From contig CM060731.1 in assembly GCA_030704615.1 (NCBI GenBank), forward strand, positions 75,888,001-75,952,000: a DNA stretch of 64,000 bases. Reading direction: 5' to 3'. This document shows positions 1 to 13,192 of the stretch, one piece after another. The first letter of the stretch is position 1; every line of letters starts with the position of its first letter. The position numbers were made by a program, and so were the translations under genes. This stretch comes from Takakia lepidozioides (taxonomy: Eukaryota > Plantae > Bryophyta). Under the pieces are notes generated by a model that ran no database searches, had not been told where the DNA came from, and worked only from the letters and a program-made list of their open reading frames with translations.

Positions 1-1472
1 TCTTACAAACCAAGATATCAGGCTCCTACAGTGCCCGCATTCCGATACCATTCATATATCCTTGGATTCTTCTTTGGATTGCGAAAGCGCAAGCGTGCAT
101 CTGCCTCTTGCGTAAGCAAGAAACCGACAAGCTTCGGCAAGCGACAAGGACACCCGTCCACAAGGCAGTGGAGCTCCGTAGGACAGGCCCAAAACATGTG
201 GAACTGTCATCGTCTCCGGCCCATCTCCCCGAAGCTTCCTCCCACAAATCTTTGTGTGTGTCTTCACAGATCAAAGATTTTTCTCCCCGAAATCAGCGAT
301 GTCCTCGGTTGTGATTAAGCAAACGCAAACCTCCGTGGTTGCAATGATGGCGTTGCTTCAAGCTTGTGCTTGTTCTTATTGTAACTTCCCACGCACTGAA
401 CAAGGCACGGGTGCCTCGAATCACGCAAAGCGACTCACTGTTACCCAGTCTCCATTTTCACTTGTCTTCAGTTGGGCAGGCATCCTTCATCATCACATTC
501 ATAAAGCTTGCTATGAAGGGACCCACAAAGGCCATCCCAGATCAAAAGTGACCCTTCTCAGCCAAAGGCATTCAAGCATCCATCATTTGGACACTGGATC
601 AGATTCCACCAGACTCCATCCCTCAGAAAGGACTTCTTTTTTACATGTTATTGAATACCAGTTTTTGTCACCTTGTCAAGGATGGGACCACAGGTCTCAA
701 AAACCAATCCACATAAAGCCAACGTTAATAAGAGCCACTTCCCCTTAAGGTAGAAGCTCCATCTTATGGTATGGGTGTTTGTGCCTTGCCTGTACATAAC
801 CAGGCTGATGCTGGATTCAATCCCTCAACATGGATATTTACCGCTGCTAAGGATGAAGTGAGTAGCCTTCAGATTGTCTACAGACACCATGTTGTCATTG
901 GGAAAGCAAGATCAGGCTGGATGCTTCCAAGACGATAACCAATGCAGTGGGCCAGAGATATGAATATTGTGCGAGTTACTCTAAATCAGTTTAGAGACAA
1001 CATTGTGTGTACACGTATGATCTACGAAAACTGCATAACATGGTTTACCAAAGAAGGTGAAGTTGTCTACAACAAGGCAACAAGCTTCCATTGCACAAAA
1101 TTTCGGTCCCAATATTGAAGTGGCTTGATTTGAAAGTGAATGTGTGAGCGGACAGGGTACAGGGTGACAGTTTTGGGTGCAAAGAAAACTCTCCCAGCTC
1201 CTGTGCATGTTAGAGGATGAGTGTCCTAGTAAAGTGTGGCATTGTGGCCAAGGACACATTGGTGATTTTGAAATGGAGACAATGGAAAGGTTGTCACATC
1301 TTCCCCTGATCAAAATATAAGGGAAAAGTCAAAAACGCCTTTCCCTCCCATTGGTAGAAAGGCACAACAGACATGAGTCAGACCAGCCGTCTCGTACCAC
1401 CAGACCAGCCAGTGAAAAAAATCAATTGCATTTACTTTTCCAGACAATCCAGGAGACAAAGGATCGGCAACT

Positions 1473-4400
1473 TCACCCATCTTCATCCACGTCTTGATAA
1501 TCTCGCCTATTGTCATTGCCCCCATCCCTAGGGGGCGGATCTTCACCGTGTAAGTCTACACCATAGTCTAGCCAGGGCATCAATGACTGCAAAAACACCA
1601 GAAGTGCATTCCGACCTTCCAGCTCCATTTCTTGGCCTGCTGCCAACATGTGCATCTGTTCCATGTGCTGGGGTGGCATAAGATCTGCCCCAGGCCCAGG
1701 GCCTCCAGGGAATCCCATTTGTTGAACCTCCTCAGGGGGGAGAGTTGAAGCCGAATCCGAGAATTCTGACACCAGCAAATGCCGATACCTGAACATCATG
1801 TAAGTTTCAAAGGTCAGAATACTGGAAATACCTGCTGAGGCCTGTCACCGATAAGAGCACCCTTGCCGTAGACTATCCAACCTCTGAAACCCAAGTTCTA
1901 ATTCACAACAACGAAAGCTAATCTAAGCAGAGAGAAATGTCAACCATGAATCATGGCCTGTTGTAAGGAGGAAATGAGCAGAACTCCATCAAGCAGCACT
2001 GGCAGGCATGACTATTGCATAAGATTGCACTTAGAATGGTCTGAAGATGAAGAGTGAATACAAAAATGGAGAACAGCGACAGACAGAGCCAGTGCTTCAT
2101 AGATAAGGAAAGGGCCACCTGGAAGCAGAAGAAGAAAGCAGTGGAAACAAAGAGAATTTAAAGAATTACTCATTCTGATCGGATTGGAATGCTTCCTTGC
2201 GCACACATGCCCAATTAGCAACTTCTCCTCCATTCTTTGCTGCTACGGATTTATCTGCAGCTACGCCAACAGCTGTAGCAGCCCTCTTCAACCACGCCTG
2301 AACATCTGGAGCTCTCCACACTAGATAGTTTCGCTCCACATAAATAGTAATCAAGTGTTCAAGAGATGGGCCTCCAGCTGTAGCCTTGCTGAAGTGAGGG
2401 TGTTTGAGAATTTTTGTCCAGGCTGCATCCTCTTTGATAGGGGCTTTGTTCACTATCCTTTTAAGCACTAAAGGATGGAGCATCAGTGCTTGCTGCAGAA
2501 GATCAGATGATGAAACTCTGTCCTCTGTCTCTGTTTCTGGCAACTGCTGCCGTACCTTGTCACTTGTGGTCCTGCACAATTGTCCCACAATGGAGTTCAA
2601 TAAGACTGAATATAACTCAATAATTGGCATATCAGGAGCAAAGGGACAGTAGAAGGGGTGGGAACAATTTTGACACAAGTGGCAAAACCAATCACATTCA
2701 AGAGGATACTCCATACAATAAATCCAACACAAAACCTGACAGACTAAAAACGGCGGTGTTCCCATGTCATGTTAGTAGCAATAATACATGCTATGTTGTG
2801 TAAAATCTAAGAAAAACAACCCTGTATCTCTTGAACTGCCAACTAAAGGAAAAGGGCAGAAAACAAAAGCCACAACCACCAACAATCCTTCATGTATACA
2901 ATGGCACACTCAATGCTTTCAAGTTAGCATATGGCAAATGGACTTCAACTTGAAATAAGAAAGATACCTTGGTAAGCTATGATCAGGTATCTGGGCTTCA
3001 ATATGAAACCGAGCCAATGCTATTGAGAATGAAAAACTTGGAAGAAGTGCCAACGAGCGCTCTTTGCCATAAAGGTCTACAAATCGTTGCAGCCACTCAT
3101 ACTGTTCTGCCCTTAGAGAAAAATAGTCAATGCAAAATAGAGAGCCCAAAGGGTCATCTGAATCCAAAGACAGCAAAAGTTTACAGACTTCAAGTGCTGT
3201 CCGATGGCAACCGCGTCGTCCTAGATGTTGCATGTGCCTAAATAGAGCATAGAAAAAGGGTTTATTTGCATCGCACCCAAAATCAACCCTACAAGTTCCA
3301 AGCGAAGGATTAAACCAAGGATGCCACGCGCATTCAAGCGCATAGAGGCACCGCTCCAAAAGGTCAGCAGATCGCTGGAACTCCCCCATGTGTTTGTAGA
3401 CCTCTGCCAATGCTAGCAGCGAGTCAACGTGGTAAGGGTGATGGTTCAGTAGCATGGCTATGGTATTTGGGTCATGGGAAGATACACACGCCTCGTACTT
3501 CTTTTGCACCTCCATGTAAGAGCCTGAGAAAGAGTACCTGCACACATTGGGTCTTTCCGTTAGTCAATGATAGAGCCTTAACATGGGGGAGGACATCTTG
3601 GATGACCTCAAGGGTCTACCCACTCTCGGCACTAGACTGAAATTTAAACTCAGGGCAGGAAGCCTACCTTTGAACAGCAAACAGAAGCAGAGAGGAAAGG
3701 GAGAGTGCAATTGCCCGTTGTGTGGGCAATCTGAAGACAGTATTCATTTTCTGATACACTGTCCGGGGTTCTCTCACAAAGAGACGCTCTCTTCAACTCT
3801 ATCAAGGGAATTGTGCCTGTACCCCTGTTTACCAACTTTGAAAGTCTCGAGGCTGAGCCAAAAGCCCAGGCCCTCCTGAGGCCTAGTTTTTGGGCAAATC
3901 ACACACAGCAGATTGATGCTTGTGTGAAGGGATTTCTAGAGGATATCTGGAAAACCCGGATTAATTCTTTATATGAAGGTAAGTCTTACTACCAAGGTCA
4001 GCCCCTGACAGAGGTAGGTTCTGTTCCTTTTGTTCCCGCTCAAACTGGGCGCGGGGTCAATGGCCACAAGGCTACGGCAAACAACGTCTTATGAGTACAA
4101 TGATAGAGCCTTTCCCTGCTAGCTAAAACATATCATTTATCCCCAACTATCAGAGTACATTTTTTGATGAGATGTAAGGGGGTTGGGAGATGAGGGGCTG
4201 AGAGCACCTTCTCATGGCTCGAAGTTCAGGAAGGTAATATGTTAAGAGAAGGAGGGGAATTTGGGGAGACAAGAAAGATAGGATAGAGACAGAGGCACCA
4301 ACACCTGAAAAGTTGCAGTCCATCTTTTGTGTCGGTACACTCCATGGACATTCCCCCCTCCCAGCGTGGCCAATGTTCCATGGGCACTACTAAAAGAGTC

Positions 4401-6293
4401 TTCTTTAACGGCAACCCTCGGCCCCCTCTGCGGGGACCCTGCCGCCTACGGGCAGACGTCATCCCACTTCCCTCTCCACTGCGCTCAACTGCATTGATAA
4501 CTTTAGATCCAAAAATACGCCGCAATTCATCTTCAGCCCTCAGATGCCTTGGATCCGCAGCCAGAATCTCAGCTATAACCTTGAAACCTGAACAAACCAA
4601 ATAATCAGGCTTATGTTGATGTCCATGAAAAAGTTGCAATTTTTTACTCCTTTCTGTAGTGATTTTCCCCCACTTCCCCTGTCCAGTAAATAAGTAACCC
4701 TATTCTTACCTGGTTGTGAAGGAGCATCAGATGTAGAGGCAGTCTTCGAGTTTGAGACTGCCAATTTCTCCAGCAGAACATCGACAGATTCATCCTCATC
4801 TGCAGTGGTGCTCTCCGCTACAGCAGTGGCCACTGGCTTGCCTTTCTTCTTTCCCTTATTCTTTTTCTTTCTGGCCCTTGATGATGCAGCTATGGTGGTT
4901 GGAACTTGCCTCAAACTCTGTACCTGACTACTGGTATCTTCCATCTCTCCGTCATCAATCTCCTCCACATCATCTTCTTCCTGAACCAGGCCAAACAGTG
5001 GGAAAGCAGAGCAATGTTGGTACAACCTGGCATTTGCATATTCATGACATCTAGTACCACTTTAAATCACTGCTCAGTCTTCAGTAAGCCAACAATGAAG
5101 ACAGTCTTCCGGAGGCTTCAAAGAAAACAGGACAACTGAAATCCACAAGTTCCTGGAGTTGTCCTTTTGACATTGTTACATTCCATTCACCCACCAGATG
5201 GCAGAGCAGCTGGGAGCATTCTAAGAACACTCAGTGACAATTGAAAAGTACATTGCTGAGAAGGAGAGAAAGCCTCGGAGACGCAAGCATAGACTTTAGC
5301 TTGCAGTAGACCCCCTGCCTGGTTTGCACGGAGCAGAAAAAGAAGGGAGAGCAGACAGGGGATACGCAAAGATGGGGTGGGAGAACACTACAGTCGCAGG
5401 GGGAGAGGGACAGGGCCACAGAGAATTAAGACATGTTTCCAGACCTTGTCGCCCTAGACAAAACCAGAGAGAGTAGGTCGGCGCAAGGAACCACCAGTCT
5501 GCAATTAGATACACGCACTTTTGTGCTATGAACTATCCCATGCAGCCAACAATGTGATAAGGCTTCATGGGAAAGTTGATCAGAAGAACACTGATCATCC
5601 CAAATGAACTACAGATAACTGAGAGGTGCTATTTATCTCTGTTGAGAAGCCTAGCATGCCTCTGTAGCCTTGCTACCCCCATCCGGAAACTGGTTTTCAT
5701 TGTCCTTGTTTTCTGGTCCACAGCATGTTATGCTATCCTAGAGTGACTATGTGTCCAACATCAACAGAGGGAAGACACAAATTCCATCTTTGATTTGAAT
5801 GGCAATTTGCTGCAATTCATGGAGTACTCCAATCTAAGTAGAATTTTTCTTCTTTATTTGTATGTTTCTAGGGTTGACCGCACACACCAGGCCGATATCA
5901 TGATACATGCTTCATGGTAACAAACCTTAACTGTTTCTTCTCTTTTCCAGGGAGAGAATGCACGATGTATGGGTAGCTGGCATGCCTGGCGAATTCAGAG
6001 CAATCAAAATAATGAAAGAACTCCAGATTGGACAAAGACAGTTGCAAGGCTCGCTAAACCTTGACCTCGCAGGTGAGCTAGATTTCCAAACCTAAAGGCA
6101 CAAACAAAATTAGCGTCTAAGGGATCTCCACTGAGCTTACCTGGAGTCCTAGAAGATCAAACCGGTTCCTCACTGTCTTTTCAGACTCGTCGTCTTCCAC
6201 ATCCTCGCTGTCCGCTGTGCCAGCCATGGAATCTTCAAGCAATGTCGGCGCTTGCTGCTCCCGCAGCACACGCTTCATCATGCGGCCTGACAT
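1473..6293 (-). CDS. TCF25: TCF25/NULP1/Rqc1-family protein (ribosome quality control factor), 6 exons, about 664 aa
   Basis: Exons 6293-6141, 4980-4710, 4587-4305, 3537-2968, 2571-2170 and 1788-1473 join in frame through GT-AG introns (1995 nt). Family motifs include MSGRMMKRVLREQ, ELRRIFGSKV, HPYHVDSLL, LERCLYALE, RRGCHRTALEVCKLLLSLD and YRHLLVSEFSD. Confidence 0.92.
3580..4097 (+). mobile_element. 5'-truncated LINE (family A, RTE/RTEX-like) in TCF25 intron 3
   Basis: A 15-bp TSD caatgatagagcctt lies at 3565-3579 and 4098-4112. The insert encodes the C-terminal Zn-finger CPLCGQSEDSIHFLIHCP and is near-identical to 47806-48323 on the opposite strand. Confidence 0.9.
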
Positions 6294-8152
6294 CGTTTCT
6301 TCTGAACTCGGGAGAGCTAGATGCAAACCTGTTTGTACTCTGCAAACTCTATAATATATCTGCTTTTTGTTTAGTAACAACTCCACCAAATTTCAATCTG
6401 TTCCCTTGACGTGCCCCTCGAAAGCTTGACTGCGTCTCTCTCTCCCTTTAATACATTATTTGCGTTGACCTTCACCACCCATACGTGGAAACTGGAAACA
6501 TCCAGACTCGGGCTCTGGCAACCACTTTACAAGTGTCGCAGTGCTTCAAAGGAAACTCCAGCTACAGGATTTTTCTTCAGGGCATTCCACCGCTCACAAC
6601 CCACAACTCCCAAGGAAGTGATTCCCGAAACAGGCACACTCGTATGACCTGCCCTTGACAAGTAGCAAATTTTCATGAAAGAACGCGTGCTTCCTGTCAG
6701 CACCAAATCTTCTCCCCAATTCTTGATATCTTAAATACTCCTAGTGGATTCTGCAGCATTCAGGATAAACTCGACACAGAAAGGAACAACGAAGAACGTG
6801 ACAAGCGGAGGGTGCCACAAAACACTGAAAGGACCCCTAAGCAGATAGTGACAAGGCATCCGTCCTCACTCGAAATCTAAATAGGGAACGAACGGGTAAG
6901 GGTTGTGAGGGTTTTGATCTTTTCCAATCTGCTCACAATTCACAGCACAACATTTGTCGTATCCTTCTTAGTGACACGAACCCGATCGGTGGATCACTAC
7001 TCACCCACGAAGGCATGAAAGTAAGTTTGATCCGTGGACAAGCTGGCATGTGTTACATTTCACTGCTCAATCTGTGGCTACAATTGCTCGCTGAACCCAC
7101 AGAGAGACACCACTTTGTGTAGCAATCGCGATATGGATCTACAAGAAGTTATGAGCCGGGCACAACTATAGTTTTACGAGGGAAAGTTCTGCCAGAGTTA
7201 AACCAACACACTGGCTGAGTAGCTTACTATAGCTTTTTGTTTTCTTCTCTTGTTTCTTTGTTCCTCCCCCCCCTTTTTGGGAACTTCACATCATATGCAC
7301 GTTCACCCGTTGTACATGTTGTAAATAAAGTCTTACAGGGTTTCATCAACACTCTGAGTTTAGTGGGTGTTCGCAAAAGGAGGGTGCTTAATATATACGT
7401 CACCTGTTGCTGCTCAGTTCAATGTGTATTTGGGCGGAGTTGGAAGGCAGAGGAGGACGGACACACACGAACGGAGAGAGAGAAAGAAGGAAGAAAGGTT
7501 TTTGTAACGGCCAGAGAGGACCATAGCCCTAGAGACAGGTAGAGCAACCCAAGAACCACTTCAGAGAGAGAACGAAACTTGACAACGTCCACAGGAAATC
7601 CCAACAGCGACTCGGACAAGCAAGCAAAAAGAAGAGAGGACTAGAAAGGATCAGAGATTGGAAAGCTTCACGGCATCAACGGGAAGGCCACAGAGTGTAA
7701 TTGGAAACACCGCAGGTAAACAGGGTATGGCATTTGAAACTTTGAAGGGCATTGTTGATCACAGGCAAACCTTACGTTTCGCATGTCCATCAACCCTTGC
7801 CAAATCACTTCTTGTCACAAATGCTCCAGCATCATACTAGGGCAAACCGTTGTTGGCATCTATATGGTAGGAACCAAAAGCATCAAAGCCTCATCCTCTA
7901 AAGGCTTGGAACTACACATGATCAAAAGCCCAGAAGAATGCTTGAAGTACACACACTGAACTCCTCACAGCATACCCAGACTGGAAGCCAAAGACTCTCT
8001 TCACCCTTCCGTCACACGCTCGGCTAATTTGTTCAGTTGTTAGTTCTGAACTCAAGTCTTGCAAAATTGCTGGGCTATGCATCCGATCTATACAGAGGGG
8101 ACGTTACATCACATAGATGGTTTTTCATCGCACTAATGAAAATCCCCGATAC

Positions 8153-11100
8153 TCATTTGAGTACCAACTGAAGACCTCGAGGCTGCTCGCTGTAGTGGCT
8201 CCTAAACTCCTCCCCTCCATGCTTCCCAAGTGCTTTGGGAGTGGCAGCAGCAGCAAGGGCAGACAAGAGTGACTTACTACTCCTCAAGTCTGCACTCGAA
8301 CGTAAATGTGGCGAGTTGATTCCATGGCTATTATGTTGGCTGGAACATTCCATGCGAGTGGCAGTGGGGCCACAAGCAGTGCTTCCTGTCCACAGGAAGC
8401 GATCGGAGTAGGGGCTCAGCAAGCTCTCGGAAAACTGGGGTGCACTGTCCACTATAAGGCCCTGCAGTGAAAAGAGAGCATGTGTGTAAGAAGCCGGGGT
8501 GCAGATAAACAGGAAAGGGGCACCCAAAGTGTATATTTCTGAGAGAAGGATGTGTGCAAGCAGGAGCTGGTTCTTAAACAACTTAAGCATCTGCAACTTC
8601 AGCACCACTGCTTTATTCTACGGAAGTGGTAAGAAATTTCAAGGCCAGGAATTGGAGACAACTGGAGATTCTATCATCCAGGTGACCTACTTGACATACT
8701 TCAGGAGACTAAAATGAAACTCCACTGCAACTGCTACGAAGTTAGCAACATCAAAGAAACTTCAATGGAAATATTGAAAAACTAGAGACACTGCGATATG
8801 TAGACGTTTTTAGCATGCACCTCTGCCATAGCCTTAATCTTCAGAGCAGTGTCCCGAGTCAAGAGTGCCACACGACCATCCAGCACTGTACGGTCAAATA
8901 ACAAAGCACACTCCAGAACATGGTCATCATTTGTGGGCGACATCAGATCACCAGCATCACCATACTGCGAGAAAACCCTGTCAATTTTGCAAGAGCAAGT
9001 ATTAGCTTCACCTCTCTTCAATACTAACCTCATTAGAACCTCAATTGGAAAATCCAGCAACATGCCAAAACAATGTTCAAGCCTACAACCATGAAGAAGG
9101 CAATTGTCTATCGAGTAATGTTTGATGTAGACTTGACCTACAAACAAGGAACACTTATCTCTTCTGACACAAGCTATAAAAAATGCTGTCATCTTTACCT
9201 GGAGTGGTATGAGGGAGATGATGGTGGGGTTATCCGCACTGGGAGCGTCTCTGAGGAGCTTTGGACATGGATCCAGAATGGCATTCTAATCATGCATTCC
9301 TCAATCCACTTGAGTGCAAAACGAGCCCCCACCTTCATATTGTCTCGTCGTTTGAGGCAGTCCAGCTCCCTCACCACTGCCAGCAATGGACTCTCTCAAA
9401 TAAGACTTACATTTGCCTTCCATCTCAAACCTCGTAAAGCGTGTTGGAGATCATGTCACACCAGGCAAAATTATCTACACAGGTCATAAATGGCCATGCT
9501 GAATGCTAGACTGTCATCAACAACCGGAATGAAACAAGCCACGGAGGTACAGAGACAGCTTTTACGGGCTAACCGATTTTGGGTATGATGAGTCGAGTCT
9601 CCCGGATTCCTTCCAACTGCTTTAGTGACTTCAGGGCGTCAGCATCAAGTAAACAATTGGTGTCCACAACCAAGTGCCATTGACGACGTGATTCCCCACT
9701 TCCAAGCTTGATTCGTCCTAGCATGTGGTCTAGATGTGCCTGCATGTTGAGGTCAAAAAATTTGAAGGATGTTGGGTGCTGCAGGCTGTGATATGCTGTG
9801 AAAAATGTTCAGTATCTGGTAAATTTAATTCTGTCTCCTTAGCTTTGGCATGGTGAGATTGCAACAAGAGACAACAATGGCTTTGACAATTGACACCAAA
9901 CTGAAATCATTGCAGATGAAGGTTGTGGCAACACTCAAATGCCCCAATGAGCCGGCAGACCTTGGGTTCATGGCATTGAGGGGAAATCACCAATCAAGGA
10001 ATGAGAAAAGATCTGACAAGAAAGATATTGAAAATGCAATAGCGGTTCTAGTCCACAGCTACATTAGCTTCACAAGAGATTGAGGATTTACCCCTGAGGA
10101 TGATCCTCGCCGTTGAGGCCGGGGCAGCCCAAGAGCCCTCGACCCAAAATCTTCATCAGGGGATGAAACATAGGATGGGGTAAACACTGGTTTGTACCCC
10201 ATACTTTCAGTAGTCATGAACAGAGGCTGAAAGGGTTCTCTATGTCCCTCGGCTGAGCCCCGGGATGATGTGGCACCACAGTCACTCTCTCCCCCACCAC
10301 ACCACAGACTCTTTTTCACACTACCTAATCTGGGGAGATAGTTCTCGTCCGGTGGCAGATTCTCCTTATCTGAGGGGTAGTGCTCCTCCTCAGAATCATA
10401 TCTCACCGACAATTTTCGTAGGGCACTCTCAATGCTGCCCAGCTCACTCACGGAATTGTCTTCAGTCAATGTTGCAAGGACTTCACCAGGTTGAGTCTCT
10501 TGTGGTGTGTTCAGCTCTGCCTTTGAAGTGTTTGAAATGCCACCTGGAGCAGTGACAAGAGATGGGAGGGGTGCTGAAGTGCACCGCCGCAACCACAATT
10601 TCGATGGTGTCAGCCCATCTGGTCCCACCATATTTACCTGCTTGGTGGGAGTCAGTTTATCTGGAGCTGGAGAAAATTTCGTGGGGGTCAGTTTCTCAGG
10701 GGCTGGGGACTTCCTAACAACTGGTGACCTAGGTGATCGCACATTTAGAGCAGATGGCTGCAGGGCTGCAAATGCCTGGCGGCGTGCTGGAACTCGTGGC
10801 GGTAGCTCATTGGCTCCACGCTGTCCCTGACTCTTTGCTGGAGAAGGAGCATTTTCATCCTGGACAACACTACCAAAACTGTTCTCCCTCTTAGTCTGCT
10901 GTCGGAATGTGGATCTGCACTCCTGTACACATACAGACAACTTATGATCATCAGAATCTAGAAGACATCAGTTCCACAATTTCTTCCACGTGACATCTTG
11001 TCAATAAAATGCTCTGCCACTTTTAAACTGCACAGAACTTATAAATTCTTGTGCAGCTTGAACATTGAAAGGGCAAAAGGGGAAAAAGTGCATACCTTAT

Positions 11101-12545
11101 TCTCATCCTGCCCTGTAATCCCACTGTTCTGTCCCCTAGTGTGCTGCCGGATATTGGACCTACTTGTCTGCGTTGACAAACACTTTATCATCATCAGGAA
11201 AGAGTGTCAGGAAGACACTTTTCTCTTTTATCAGTTCTGAGTCAACTTCTCAGTACTACTTGCTGCAGGTGAAATACAGGAGAGAGCACAGAACAAGGAA
11301 GAGAGGGTGAGAAGGCTATCAGAGGAAAGAGAAGGAAAAAGATACATTTTCATCTAGCCCGATGCTCCCGCTGTTTTCCGTGTTTTCCCTCATGACCTGC
11401 TGCCCAGGGATACGCCTACCTTCCTGTTTAAAATGCCAAATTACAGTCCTGAGAACTAACAACAAGATTTCCAAAATCTTTCTTCCGGTCAAGTTTACCA
11501 AAGCTTAGGAGACAGGGGTCAAGGCAAAGTGGTCATCACAGGAGAGAGAGAAAGAGATAGGAAGAACGCAAAGACGCAAAGAAAGGCAGAAACTTCATAA
11601 CTTCATAACGTCCATACCGAAAGAGGTTATGGGGCAAAAGCTGGAGCAAAGAAAGGAACAGCTCGCGAAGACTAGGGAAATGAAATGGAATTATACTTTA
11701 TAACGTCCGCGGGGGAGAGAGTGAGAGACCTGACTTTCGATTTTGTATCTGAAGCTGGTCTTAGACCCGCCTTGAGAAGAGAGCTCCAACTTATCTGCGT
11801 TGGAGTGTGTGGACTCTACCGATATGGCCCCTGAATCATCTGAGTACTGCTCAGCAGCACGGAGAGGAAGCCAGTCGATTTTGTAGATTCGGGTAGAAGC
11901 GCCCAGCTGAATCATGTCGTTTTGCTTGGCGAGACGGGGGTCTAGGCCTCCCACCAGTTCCCCATTTACTCGTGTCCCATGTACTGCAAATAGAGGTAGA
12001 TGAGCAACAACAACCTGTTAAACTAGTATTGCTTGAAAAGCTCTTTCCGAGTGACTGAGAGGACTGCAGGGTAATCAGATTCGACATTCCATCGCGGCAG
12101 GAAGACCGACCATGTACGAGAATGCGTGGGTTGAACGGCAGGGCTTTTCTGCTGCGGTAGATGCCATGCATAAAAGAAACTTGATTGCAGTGTAGAGCAC
12201 CTTACCCCTATGTGTATATCTTTCAGCAACCTCCCCCCGGCATCCACCATCTTCTATCCCGTTCCCACTCCACCTCCTCTCTTCTTCTATCGACAAATTA
12301 CGTTTGGATTGTCCTGACACCTTGTTTCCTTTTCCTATGATAGCCTACCGGAACCCATGGGCCCTATGGGCTTTAGTTCATTATGCGTCATCTCCCATCA
12401 GCTCTTGGGTCTTTCCGTGGGCTCTGTCTTGTATCCTGCTTTTGTTTTTCACACAGCTATTTGAGCTTTCCGTGGACGTTAACAAAAACAATGTCTCCTA
12501 TTCATTCCCCCGCAGGTCTGAAGAGAAACCTACATACATTGTAAG

Positions 12546-12581
<36 letters not shown>

Positions 12582-12819
12582 TGACTATACCTGATTGCAG
12601 GTCAGTGAGAAGAAATTCCATGGTGGCATGCAGCACTTGAATCTCCAAGTGATGGCGGCTGGTGCTGGAATGGCCCACCCATATGTCACAGTCCGCATGC
12701 CTTCCCACAACCCAAGCATCTTTTCCCTGCAAGCATATCCTGTCGATGGCCGCCCCTTCCTTGTACACTGTCAGATACGGCACCATGTCTGTCCCTCCTC
12801 CCAACATCGCCTCTCCCAT
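8153..12819 (-). CDS. PS1: FHA + PIN domain protein, PARALLEL SPINDLE 1-like, about 9 exons, about 757 aa
   Basis: Exons 12819-12591, 11983-11730, 11423-11346, 11167-11096, 10922-10092, 9739-9574, 9376-9199, 8977-8821 and 8461-8153 are in frame. FHA motifs are VVGRHADCD, SRHH, DLQS/VHGTRVNG and LGASTRIY. PIN motifs are WHLVVDTNC, VVRELD, NDDHVLECA and LLTRD. The two small middle exons are less certain. Confidence 0.85.
12340..12505 (+). mobile_element. Decayed 3' end of a family-B-related LINE in PS1 intron 1
   Basis: gagctttccgtggacgttaa at about 12463 matches the gagctttccgcggacgttat terminal motif at about 17826 and 19815. The left boundary is approximate. Confidence 0.45.
12547..12580. 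repeat. 34-nt poly-C tract (poly-G on the PS1 pre-mRNA)
   Basis: Directly visible; it starts 10 nt inside intron 1 of the PS1-like gene. Confidence 0.95.
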
Positions 12820-13192
12820 CCCACCCCTCTGTCCCACAATGTCAGACCCGATTTAGAAGACTTTCTCTCTCTCTCTCTCCCTCGCTGCTCTTCCCTGTCG
12901 CTCTACCGATTAGCTTCAAGGATCCGAGAGCTTCTATATCGCAATGCGAAGGAAGATGCGAAGGAAGATGATACCGCGCAAAACCTGGCATCACACACTG
13001 AGGAGAAAGAGCGGGTAAAATATGACCGTTAGGCCAGATTCAAATACGTTCATCCATTCATCCATACAGATAGCTTATCAGACTATGTCTGATCAGTGAT
13101 AAGTGAGGATGGCTTATTCGTGATAAGTGGGAGTGAACTGGATAGTGTGGAGCTGAGCGTCTGTGGAAGAGAAGAGAAGAGAGCTGCTGGCT

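Noticed and set aside
1-1400. Short ORFs at the window start, including an HMFWACP-like stretch on the minus strand
   Set aside because: Possibly an old L1 remnant, but too degenerate to support, and no coherent protein emerges.
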